From a virus (taxonomy: Duplodnaviria > Caudoviricetes), in the IMG/VR virus record IMGVR_UViG_3300046171_000271: DNA of 64,000 nucleotides. One strand, 5' to 3'. Position 1 is the first letter of the stretch. Each line of letters begins with the position of its first letter. The position numbers and the translations under genes are program-made. This document shows positions 1-7,746 of this stretch, piece by piece. The notes under the pieces are model-generated. The model ran no database searches. It was given only the letters and a program-made list of their open reading frames with translations, and was not told the DNA's origin.

Positions 1-165
1 CTTGCATCTGCATTCTGTCAATCAAATATCATAAAGTATGGGACGCGGTATGGTGATAAAGATGGAAAAAATAAAAAGGATTTACTAAAAGTAATTCATT
101 ATGCTATGCTACTCTTGCATTTTGATGATCACTACAAACCAACCAACTCTGACTATCCTTATTGA
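1..165 (+). CDS. 3' end of conserved phage protein (DUF3310-like), partial
   Basis: Frame 1 reads LASAFCQSNIIKYGTRYGDKDGKNKKDLLKVIHYAMLLL...PY*. The N.IKY..R...K.....DL.K..HY pattern is typical of DUF3310-like proteins. Confidence 0.7.
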   Translation, partial: LASAFCQSNIIKYGTRYGDKDGKNKKDLLKVIHYAMLLLHFDDHYKPTNSDYPY

Positions 166-185
166 TAATGAAAATTCGTAATCCT

Positions 186-851
186 ATGAAACTGTCTGAT
201 TCTACTCTTTCTCTTCTCAAGAATTTTTCTTCTATTAACCAATCGATTTTGTTTAAAGAGGGTAGCAAACTTCGCACTATTAGTGTGATGAAAAATATTC
301 TTGCGGAAGCAACTATTAGTGAAGAGTTCGCTCGTGATTTTGGTATCTATGATCTTAATCAATTTCTTAATGGTTTGAGTTTGCATCAGAAACCTGAACT
401 TGATTTTGCCAACGATGGTTACGTTGTGATCAGGGAAGGACGTTCACGTTCAAAGTATTTCTTTGCAGATCCCTCTGTGATTGTCACTCCCCCCGATAAG
501 GAAATTTCACTTCCCAGTGAAGATGTTTGCTTCGAGTTGACTACCACCGTTCTTGAAAAACTGCTGAAGGCAGCTGCTGTTTATCAATTGCCAGATATTT
601 CTGCTGTTGGCGAAGCAGGTGTTGTAAAACTTGTTGTCCGCGATAAGAAGAATGACACCTCCAATGCTCATGAAGAAGTTGTTGGTGAGACTGATGAAAA
701 CTTTAACTTCAACTTTAAAGTTGAGAACATTAAGATTCTTCCTGGAACATATGAAGTCGTTGTCTCACAAAAACTTCTCTCTCGCTTCACAAGTAAAAAT
801 CACGATTTGACTTACTACATTGCACTTGAACCAGACTCAACTTTTGGGTAG
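186..851 (+). CDS. gp45: Sliding clamp (T4 gp45-like)
   Basis: MKLSDSTLSLLKNFSSINQSILFK start, C-terminal YYIALEPDS, and position before the clamp loader. ATG at 186 preferred over 162. Confidence 0.95.
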   Translation: MKLSDSTLSLLKNFSSINQSILFKEGSKLRTISVMKNILAEATISEEFARDFGIYDLNQFLNGLSLHQKPELDFANDGYVVIREGRSRSKYFFADPSVIVTPPDKEISLPSEDVCFELTTTVLEKLLKAAAVYQLPDISAVGEAGVVKLVVRDKKNDTSNAHEEVVGETDENFNFNFKVENIKILPGTYEVVVSQKLLSRFTSKNHDLTYYIALEPDSTFG

Positions 852-852
852 A

Positions 853-1059
853 ATGCGGTTGATTGGATGTATGTTGATTGTTTGCTCTCACTTTACTTTG
901 ATTTATGTGAGTGTACTAGCAGGAGTCATAGTGCATCTAATCGCTGATTTTCTTACTCTCCCATTCTTTATAAAAAACAAAATGTGGGATATGGTAATTA
1001 TGCTCTCCTTTCTTGTCACTATTGGAATAAGTAAATTATTTGCTTACTATGCAACCTGA
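853..1059 (+). CDS. Small membrane protein, hypothetical
   Basis: Hydrophobic ORF (MRLIGCMLIVCSHF...) starting right after the gp45 stop. Confidence 0.6.
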   Translation: MRLIGCMLIVCSHFTLIYVSVLAGVIVHLIADFLTLPFFIKNKMWDMVIMLSFLVTIGISKLFAYYAT

Positions 1060-1393
1060 TCCTTATATTCAGTTCTTAGAAAATTGGATACCTGGAATAG
1101 GTGAAGATACTAAACTTCATGATCAACTTCATATACATTTTGATCTTGGATTTAGTGTTAATGACGAAGCTAGACTTCTTGGTTTTCAATTAGGACATCA
1201 CCCTGCTGGAAGTTTCTTTCACGTTGTGATATTCTGTATGATGAGTGTTACGATTTATCCTAGTGATTATCGAAACAGTTTGAAAGATATTCAGGATTTT
1301 TACGAAGCATACTTGCTCGGAAAATACTGGCAATCTGTATCCTATTGGTTTATTCCCAAAACAATATTATGCGCGACGAATTTCTGTGGGTAG
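1040..1393 (+). CDS. Hypothetical protein
   Basis: 117-aa ORF filling the gap before gp44 and overlapping its start. Confidence 0.55.
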   Translation: MLTMQPDPYIQFLENWIPGIGEDTKLHDQLHIHFDLGFSVNDEARLLGFQLGHHPAGSFFHVVIFCMMSVTIYPSDYRNSLKDIQDFYEAYLLGKYWQSVSYWFIPKTILCATNFCG

Positions 1394-2313
1394 AAAAGTA
1401 TCGCCCACGTAAAATTGAGGAGTGTATTCTCCCTGATAATATCAAGAAGACTTTTCTCGACTTCCTAGATAAAGGAGAAGTGCCTAACCTGCTTCTTGCA
1501 GGCCCTGCTGGATGTGGTAAGACTACAGTTGCAAAAGCACTTTGCAATGAACTTGGAGTAGACTATTATGTCATCAATGGATCCGATGAGGGACGATTCC
1601 TTGATACCGTCCGAAACAATGCGAAAAACTTCGCTTCAACCGTTTCGCTTGCATCAACTGCAAAACACAAAGTCATCATTATTGATGAAGCAGATAACAC
1701 AACCAACGACGTTCAACTCCTCCTACGGGCGTTTATTGAGGAGTTTAGTGGCAACTGCAGATTCATCTTCACCTGCAACTATAAAAACAAAATTGTCGAA
1801 CCTCTTCACTCTCGATGCGCCGTCATCGAGTTCGGAATCAAAGGAAAGGAACGACAAGAAATCGCAGCATCTTTCTTCAAGCGTGTCAGAACTATCTTGG
1901 ATGAAGAAAGTATTAAATATGATAACAAAGTCCTGGTAGAATTAATCAATAAACACTTTCCTGATTGGCGTCGAGTTCTGAATGAAATTCAGAGATACTC
2001 ATCAGGCGGTGCTATTGATGCAGGAATTCTCGCTACATTCTCTGATGTCAAAGTTAATAACCTTATACAAAATCTTAAACAAAAGAACTTCCCTGAAGTT
2101 CGGAAGTGGGTGGTGGATAATTTGGATAATGATTCTGGTGTACTTATGCGTCGTATTTACGATGCTCTTTATACATCCTTGGCAAACTCTAGTATTCCTG
2201 CTGCTGTCCTTGTTATTGCTAAGTATCAATATCAGATTGCCTTCGTTGCGGATCAGGAAATAAACCTGCTTGCTTGTCTAACTGAAATTATGGTGGAGTG
2301 TGAATTCAAATGA
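1369..2313 (+). CDS. gp44: Clamp loader large subunit (T4 gp44-like, RFC AAA+)
   Basis: LWVEKYRP, Walker A GPAGCGKTT, Walker B IIIDEAD and SRC motifs. Confidence 0.97.
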   Translation: MRDEFLWVEKYRPRKIEECILPDNIKKTFLDFLDKGEVPNLLLAGPAGCGKTTVAKALCNELGVDYYVINGSDEGRFLDTVRNNAKNFASTVSLASTAKHKVIIIDEADNTTNDVQLLLRAFIEEFSGNCRFIFTCNYKNKIVEPLHSRCAVIEFGIKGKERQEIAASFFKRVRTILDEESIKYDNKVLVELINKHFPDWRRVLNEIQRYSSGGAIDAGILATFSDVKVNNLIQNLKQKNFPEVRKWVVDNLDNDSGVLMRRIYDALYTSLANSSIPAAVLVIAKYQYQIAFVADQEINLLACLTEIMVECEFK

Positions 2314-3374
2314 TATTGACGGAGGATGATGCAGTTTATGCTGCTAATAAATTCATAAACTATTATTCTCAATTCAATCGTATTGATGATTATCTAAGGC
2401 ACATCAAAGAAGATAGAGGTGAGAACAGATCGGGATATCTTCCTGGATTTGGTGCAGACTCAGATATGTTTGACAAGTTTGATATGCATCCTAATGACAT
2501 GAATTTTGAAGTTTATGTAGTTGACACTGATACTAAAAGTCGTTCAAAGTATAATCAGTGGCTTTATTCTGAGACATTGAATTTGACTGCTTCTAATCCT
2601 ATTGAGGAAGCAATTCCTGGTAGGACACATAAATGGATAGTAGTTGAAACAAACACGGACAAGGTTGTTGGTGTTGTTAGGTTTGGTTCACCCACAATCA
2701 ATAGCAAACCTCGCAATAATTACTTTGGTGAAGTCAAGTCTCTTAGTGATATTAATGCTCACTTCGTTATGGGCTTTAACATTGTTCCTACTCAACCTTT
2801 CGGGTTCAATTACCTGGGCGGAAAACTTCTTGCCTTACTAGCATCTTCTAAAGAACTGAAGCAACAGTTTGATGAGAAGTATGGGATAGATCTCAAATAC
2901 TTTGAGACTACATCTCTTTATGGAACTACAAAGGGAGTATCAATGTATGATGGACTCAAACCCTTTCTGAGGCATATTGGAGACACTGAGAGTAAGTTCT
3001 TACCTCTGTTTCACGATGATGTGTTTAGAGACTTCTTCTGGTGGTTTAATGAACGTAATGGAGGCGAGCGTTTGATCTCTGCCGATAAATCATCAAAGAA
3101 ACTGAAGATTCAAGTTAAGATGATATCTATTATTAGAAATTCTTTGAAGGACGAAGACAAACTAAAGCAGTTTAATGAGTGTATTGAACATGCAATGTCT
3201 CTCACAGAAAAGAAAAGATATTATCTTGGAGACTTCCGTCATACTTCTGAAGAAGCAATCACCTGGTGGAAGAAGAAAGCATCCAAGCGGTTTGAAAAAC
3301 TTAAGTCTGAAGACAGAGTAAGAACTGAACTTGAGATTTGGGGATCTACAGAAAATATGGAGATTATTAGATAA
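2310..3374 (+). CDS. DUF4338/DruA-like protein
   Basis: Motifs PFGFNYLGGKLLALL and ETTSLYG resemble the DUF4338 family. Start and stop overlap gp44 and gp62. Confidence 0.6.
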   Translation: MILTEDDAVYAANKFINYYSQFNRIDDYLRHIKEDRGENRSGYLPGFGADSDMFDKFDMHPNDMNFEVYVVDTDTKSRSKYNQWLYSETLNLTASNPIEEAIPGRTHKWIVVETNTDKVVGVVRFGSPTINSKPRNNYFGEVKSLSDINAHFVMGFNIVPTQPFGFNYLGGKLLALLASSKELKQQFDEKYGIDLKYFETTSLYGTTKGVSMYDGLKPFLRHIGDTESKFLPLFHDDVFRDFFWWFNERNGGERLISADKSSKKLKIQVKMISIIRNSLKDEDKLKQFNECIEHAMSLTEKKRYYLGDFRHTSEEAITWWKKKASKRFEKLKSEDRVRTELEIWGSTENMEIIR

Positions 3375-3742
3375 TGGAACTTAAAGATTGGTTGAATTCG
3401 GTTAACTTTACAAAAGAAGATTTGTCTGAGGATATGAAATCTTATCCTCCTTATATTGTTAATCGTTGTTTATCTGGACATCTTGATTGTGTATTGTTCG
3501 CTAATGAGATGAACAAGTATCACTTTCTTGATAAGGACATGCAATATAAATTTTATCTAAATAGTCTGAGGAAAAAAAAGAGATTTTCTCCCTGGCTCCG
3601 TAAGGATAAAGTCACGGATCTCGAAAGTGTCAAACAATACTATGGATATAGTAATGAAAAGGCATGTCAAGCTCTGAAAATCCTGACACAAGAACAGATT
3701 AACTTTATTAAAAAACGACTTGACGTTGGAGGAACAAAATGA
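3374..3742 (+). CDS. gp62: Clamp loader small subunit (T4 gp62-like)
   Basis: LKDWLNSVN, YPPYIVNRCLS, KKRFSPW and YYGYSNEKA motifs; lies between gp44 and regA. Confidence 0.92.
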   Translation: MELKDWLNSVNFTKEDLSEDMKSYPPYIVNRCLSGHLDCVLFANEMNKYHFLDKDMQYKFYLNSLRKKKRFSPWLRKDKVTDLESVKQYYGYSNEKACQALKILTQEQINFIKKRLDVGGTK

Positions 3743-4176
3743 GTAATACTGTGGAACCCCAGTATCACTGGACTCAAGATCGTATGATCGAAGTCCTTTT
3801 AAATGAACCAGACGATTTCCTAAAAGTAAGAGAGACGTTGACTAGAATTGGAGTTGCTTCTAGAAAAGAGAAGAAACTTTATCAGTCATGTCACATTCTT
3901 CACAAGCAGGGAAAGTATTATATTGTCCATTTTAAGGAACTGTTTGCATTAGATGGAAAACATGCAAACCTTTCTATAAACGATGTTCAGCGTCGTAATC
4001 GCATTGTGCGTTTGCTTTCTGATTGGGGATTAATCTCTATTGTTGATGAGGAGACTGTTGCAGATATTGCACCTCTTAATCAAATTAAAGTTCTTGCATA
4101 TAAAGATAAGGGGGATTGGATCTTAGAGCAGAAATATAACATTGGTAAGAAGGGTAAAACCCAGGAAACCGAATAA
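3739..4176 (+). CDS. regA: RegA translational repressor
   Basis: DDFLKVRETLTRIGVA, LYQSCHILHKQGKYYIVHFKELFALDG. Confidence 0.97.
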   Translation: MSNTVEPQYHWTQDRMIEVLLNEPDDFLKVRETLTRIGVASRKEKKLYQSCHILHKQGKYYIVHFKELFALDGKHANLSINDVQRRNRIVRLLSDWGLISIVDEETVADIAPLNQIKVLAYKDKGDWILEQKYNIGKKGKTQETE

Positions 4177-4207
4177 AAATATACGGGGTTTACTGCCCCG
4201 TTTTTTT
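4167..4207 (+). repeat. Left copy of 41-nt imperfect direct repeat (regA 3' end plus terminator)
   Basis: AACCGAATAAAAATATACGGGGTT at 4167-4190 is identical to 6015-6038. Both copies continue through 5 variable nt to CCCCGTTTTTTT. Confidence 0.9.
4183..4207 (+). terminator. Rho-independent terminator after regA
   Basis: ACGGGG..CCCCGT stem followed by a T-run. Confidence 0.85.
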
Positions 4208-4226
4208 ATGATATGATGTATAAATA
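4189..4226 (+). promoter_or_regulatory. Tandem sigma70-like (TTTACT-N17-TATGAT) and T4 late (TATAAATA) promoters
   Basis: TTTACT 4189-4194, TATGAT 4212-4217, TATAAATA 4219-4226. Confidence 0.65.
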
Positions 4227-4345
4227 ATACGTCTCTAGATCGGTTGACTGGAGATGCCTGTTGGTGAAAGCCTCAGGTGGGATATGTTCCCGTAACCACT
4301 AACCCGTTGAAACACACGGTTAACGAACACTGAGAGGTAATAACC
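4227..4345 (+). ncRNA. Candidate structured 5' leader RNA (four hairpins, possible pseudoknot)
   Basis: Stems 4230-4238/4248-4256, 4257-4260/4274-4277 with an inner GAAA-tetraloop hairpin, 4279-4282/4288-4291 and 4304-4307/4316-4319. GAGAGG SD at 4332-4337. Found by eye. Confidence 0.55.
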
Positions 4346-6016
4346 ATGGCGAGAGAAATGCGCCCTAATGATGCTTATGCCAAATTTGCATCAAACTTTG
4401 AGGAGTCTATTAGTAGTGCAATTTTTTTAGAACCCAAAGTAAAAGTCTACCCACTTCAGACAAGTGGTGGTAAATCTTACTACCAAGATAAAGAAATGCC
4501 GTTGAAGATCAAACAGGTATTTCCCGAGATGAAGTATATTTTTAGATTGTCTCCAACAAGAGAAGTTGCACACGATGGAACTTTTGAAAAGGTTCACGAA
4601 CTTTCCGCTGATGGTGACACCAGGTTTAGTTTTATTGCAGATCCCCCAAGTAGCAATATTCTGGATTGTTTTGGTAATATGCCAAATACAGTTCTATGTG
4701 TTTCCTGTACACATACATATTTCACTACAAATTTTGAAAGGTTGCTGGAGTATGCTTCTGACTCTGTTTTGGTGATTGAGGAAGCTCATCAATTTATTGG
4801 TGCAGCAGATCCTGGATCAGAATCATATGTAATTAACTTTGGATATTCCTCTGAATATACTGCTGAAACTTGGCAGAGAATTAAAAAGTGGAGAGATGTA
4901 AATCCAAGAATTATTGGGTTTACTGCAACTCCAACAGAACATCATAAAGGACACACGTCACTTAGCGATCAATTTAGAGTTTGTGGTGAACTCGCTGAAA
5001 AGAAAGTTATTCTTCCATCACAAGCATGGATGAGTAAAGCACATCCTTATTCTTTTACAAAATATCAGGGAAAGTCATCTGTCGAACCTGCTATTCATCA
5101 AAGCATTGATCTTTTATTTGAGAGAGAGGAAAAATTAATTGATCTCAAATATTTTCCGTTGGAAAGGGAAGAGCAACTTTTAAGCACATATCTAAGGCCA
5201 GATAAAGATGGCCGAATTAATACTAAACTATCCGCCATGTATGTTTGTGGTGATCAACGGGGAGTTTGGGGTTGTTCAATTGATGAAGTTAGAGAAACAA
5301 TCGCAAAATATTTACTTTCCGATTGTGGATTTGATGAATCTAAAAAGATGATTGCAACAATGGTTGAAAATAGTAGTGGTGGTAATACTATTTGGACACT
5401 GGATGGAGTTGCTGCGGAAAAAGTTGATAATCGAACGTTAATGAAAAAACTTCATGATGAATATGATCCTCTTAGATTTCTTCTTGTTATCAATAGAGGC
5501 CGATCTGGAATCAATGTTCATAACTTAACTGCTCAAGTTATTTGTAGAATTAGAGATCCTAAAGAAGTCAGAACACCAATTCCCATTCAAATTTTTGGTA
5601 GAATGGTTCGACTTAATCCTGGGACAGGTGATGTCATCCGTAAAGAATATGCCAATAATTTGGACAACTATTTAAAATATTATCCGAAGGATTATAGTGT
5701 TGACATTAATACAATGTTGGAAACAATTAAAGTTGCAAATGTTTTTGATATTTGGCATCCAACTAACGGTAAGGCAAAAAGAACTTGGGAAGAATCTCTT
5801 GATGAATTTCAACGAGATTATGTAAACACTTCTAAAGAAGGGTTTGATTATCTGTATGAATATACTGGAGTTGATAAACCAAATCTAAAACCAATTAATT
5901 TAGAGATAGAAGTTGAGTGTCCATGTGATGGCAGTAAGTTTATGGTAAACGTAAATAAAGAGATTGAAGATTGGAAAGGGGATGGAACATTAGACGCATT
6001 TTTTAACATGGTATAA
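4346..6016 (+). CDS. Divergent superfamily-2 helicase/ATPase (ResIII-like)
   Basis: Motif I QTSGGKS, motif II VIEEAH, motif III FTATP, motif V GRSGINV, motif VI QIFGRMVR. Confidence 0.8.
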   Translation: MAREMRPNDAYAKFASNFEESISSAIFLEPKVKVYPLQTSGGKSYYQDKEMPLKIKQVFPEMKYIFRLSPTREVAHDGTFEKVHELSADGDTRFSFIADPPSSNILDCFGNMPNTVLCVSCTHTYFTTNFERLLEYASDSVLVIEEAHQFIGAADPGSESYVINFGYSSEYTAETWQRIKKWRDVNPRIIGFTATPTEHHKGHTSLSDQFRVCGELAEKKVILPSQAWMSKAHPYSFTKYQGKSSVEPAIHQSIDLLFEREEKLIDLKYFPLEREEQLLSTYLRPDKDGRINTKLSAMYVCGDQRGVWGCSIDEVRETIAKYLLSDCGFDESKKMIATMVENSSGGNTIWTLDGVAAEKVDNRTLMKKLHDEYDPLRFLLVINRGRSGINVHNLTAQVICRIRDPKEVRTPIPIQIFGRMVRLNPGTGDVIRKEYANNLDNYLKYYPKDYSVDINTMLETIKVANVFDIWHPTNGKAKRTWEESLDEFQRDYVNTSKEGFDYLYEYTGVDKPNLKPINLEIEVECPCDGSKFMVNVNKEIEDWKGDGTLDAFFNMV

Positions 6017-6055
6017 CCGAATAAAAATATACGGGGTTCAACACCCCGTTTTTTT
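6015..6055 (+). repeat. Right copy of 41-nt direct repeat including terminator
   Basis: AACCGAATAAAAATATACGGGGTTcaacaCCCCGTTTTTTT matches 4167-4207. Confidence 0.9.
6031..6055 (+). terminator. Rho-independent terminator after the helicase
   Basis: ACGGGGT/ACCCCGT stem followed by a T-run. Confidence 0.85.
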
Positions 6056-6062
6056 GTATTTG

Positions 6063-6071
6063 TGTTATAAT
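6063..6071 (+). promoter_or_regulatory. Extended -10 promoter for hsp20
   Basis: TGnTATAAT (TGT TATAAT) at 6063-6071. Confidence 0.55.
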
Positions 6072-6129
6072 TAGTATGTACGCCGAAAGGGTACACACAA
6101 CACAATCTCGCTTTAAAAGGAGAAGTCAA

Positions 6130-6561
6130 ATGGGAGAACTTACCCGCTACCGCGTGGCAGATATGGCTGCGCTGATGGAAAAACTAAATAAGAATGCGAT
6201 TGGTATGAATGAATACTTTGATAAAGTATTCGAGGGCACAGCACCCAGCAATTATCCACCTTATAATGTGATTCAATTAAATAATATTGAAACACGATTG
6301 GAAATCGCACTAGCAGGATTTAAGAAGGAGGAGGTTCATGCTTTCACCGAGTATGGAAAACTTTTTGTCAGGGGGGAAAAAGAAACATCTGACGAAGAAG
6401 GGACATACATCCACAAGGGTTTGGCTCAGCGAAACTTTGAAAGATCCTGGACACTTGCTGAAGGTACAGAAGTCACCGACGTGTTATTTGAAGACGGACT
6501 TCTGAGAATTACTGTAAAGAAAGTAGTGCCTGAACACCACGCACGAAAAGATTATCTCTAA
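6130..6561 (+). CDS. hsp20: Small heat-shock protein (Hsp20/IbpA-like)
   Basis: NYPPYNV, EIALAGF, YIHKGLAQRNFERSW and FEDGLLRI motifs. AGGAG SD before the ATG at 6130. Confidence 0.95.
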   Translation: MGELTRYRVADMAALMEKLNKNAIGMNEYFDKVFEGTAPSNYPPYNVIQLNNIETRLEIALAGFKKEEVHAFTEYGKLFVRGEKETSDEEGTYIHKGLAQRNFERSWTLAEGTEVTDVLFEDGLLRITVKKVVPEHHARKDYL

Positions 6562-6577
6562 TTATTATTTTTTAATC

Positions 6578-6847
6578 ATGAACAAGATTTTCATTGGACT
6601 TGCTACACTTTTGATTGCTTCACCCGCTATTGCTCATCCAAGAACTCCAAGAACTACTTGGACATATTCTTATCCAGAAAAGGATGTAATGGTTCGACGT
6701 GATTGGAAACGTTGTAAAAAGATTAAGTATGTTACCAAGTATGATAAGTATGGATGGTTCACTGAAAGACAAGTTACACCTTTGAGATCATGTTGGAAAA
6801 ATCATGCTCATAGTGATGTTAAACTGAAAGTGATTATCAAAGACTAA
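6578..6847 (+). CDS. Hypothetical secreted protein
   Basis: Signal-peptide-like N-terminus MNKIFIGLATLLIASPAIA. Confidence 0.65.
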   Translation: MNKIFIGLATLLIASPAIAHPRTPRTTWTYSYPEKDVMVRRDWKRCKKIKYVTKYDKYGWFTERQVTPLRSCWKNHAHSDVKLKVIIKD

Positions 6848-6875
6848 ATATAACTGAATATCGTCGTCGCAGACG

Positions 6876-6927
6876 GAGGGGCAACTGGCCAAATCCAGTT
6901 GACGCCCCTCTTTTTTATTGTTAGAAT
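6876..6927 (+). terminator. Terminator fused to a sigma70 promoter (TTGACG-N17-TAGAAT)
   Basis: GAGGGGC/GCCCCTC and CAACTGG/CCAGTTG stems, then T6. TTGACG 6899-6904, TAGAAT 6922-6927. Confidence 0.8.
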
Positions 6928-6948
6928 ACTTGGAGGAACAAATCAAAA

Positions 6949-7293
6949 ATGACTGTAAAACTTTTGCTATTAAAGTCCGGCGAGGACGTAATTGCTGATG
7001 TCAGCGAGATGGCAATGGGTGATGGAGCGGACAAGAAAGTCCTTGGATATTTCTTGGACAAACCTTGTGTTGTTAAGATTTTAAATGCTGAGAAATCTAC
7101 AGAGGAAAACAAAAAGTCAGCATTTAATATTTCAATGTATCCCTGGTGTCCCTTGGCAGAAGATAGTGTTATCCCTCTTCCTGTAGACTGGGTGGTAACT
7201 ATTGTTAATCCTAAGGAACAACTTAAAGAAATGTATGTGGAGGATGTTTTAGGAAATGAACAAAATAGTCAAAGTAATTCTACTGACGAATAG
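6949..7293 (+). CDS. Conserved cyanomyovirus hypothetical protein
   Basis: MTVKLLLLKSGEDVIADV...PWCPL; typical position upstream of gp43. Confidence 0.75.
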   Translation: MTVKLLLLKSGEDVIADVSEMAMGDGADKKVLGYFLDKPCVVKILNAEKSTEENKKSAFNISMYPWCPLAEDSVIPLPVDWVVTIVNPKEQLKEMYVEDVLGNEQNSQSNSTDE

Positions 7294-7513
7294 TGAGAGG
7301 CTAATCAGCGAAATAGAAGAAGTCGGTGCTGAAATTGGTGAACCAGATTGTAAATTGATTAATCCGATGGAGATTTGGGAAAGTAATAATCTTGCTCCTT
7401 GGATGATGGATCATACAATGCAAGACACTTTTATGATTAGTTCGGACAAGATTATTACACTAGCTGATCCTATGCCGACACTCCTTGAAAAATACCTCGA
7501 ACAAACTAAGTAA
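7256..7513 (+). CDS. Hypothetical protein, probable paralog of the upstream gene
   Basis: VKVILLTNSERLISEI...LINP...PW aligns by eye with the previous ORF. Confidence 0.7.
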   Translation: MNKIVKVILLTNSERLISEIEEVGAEIGEPDCKLINPMEIWESNNLAPWMMDHTMQDTFMISSDKIITLADPMPTLLEKYLEQTK

Positions 7514-7746
7514 TGGCATTATCTAAACAAACTCTTGATCATCTGTGTGATGCAGAATCTCACATTCGCGCTGCAATTAAATCGGCAGCAGTGAATGAAA
7601 AACCACTGGTAGTTAAACAACTATCTGAAATACTAATGAGCATGGAACAAACTAAAAAGTTTGACGAAATTATGGACATGCTTGATAATAGAGAACCTGG
7701 CAGTAAAGGGCAATTCGGTTCTTTTTTTAATGATGATGACGAATGA
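7513..7746 (+). CDS. Hypothetical protein
   Basis: 77-aa ORF coupled to its neighbours by overlapping stop/start codons. Confidence 0.7.
   Translation: MALSKQTLDHLCDAESHIRAAIKSAAVNEKPLVVKQLSEILMSMEQTKKFDEIMDMLDNREPGSKGQFGSFFNDDDE

Noticed and set aside
4227-4345. Naming the leader as a known riboswitch or ribozyme (glnA, SAM-V, manA, wcaG, HDV-like)
   Set aside because: Could not be matched to any consensus by eye, so it is left unassigned pending a covariance-model search.
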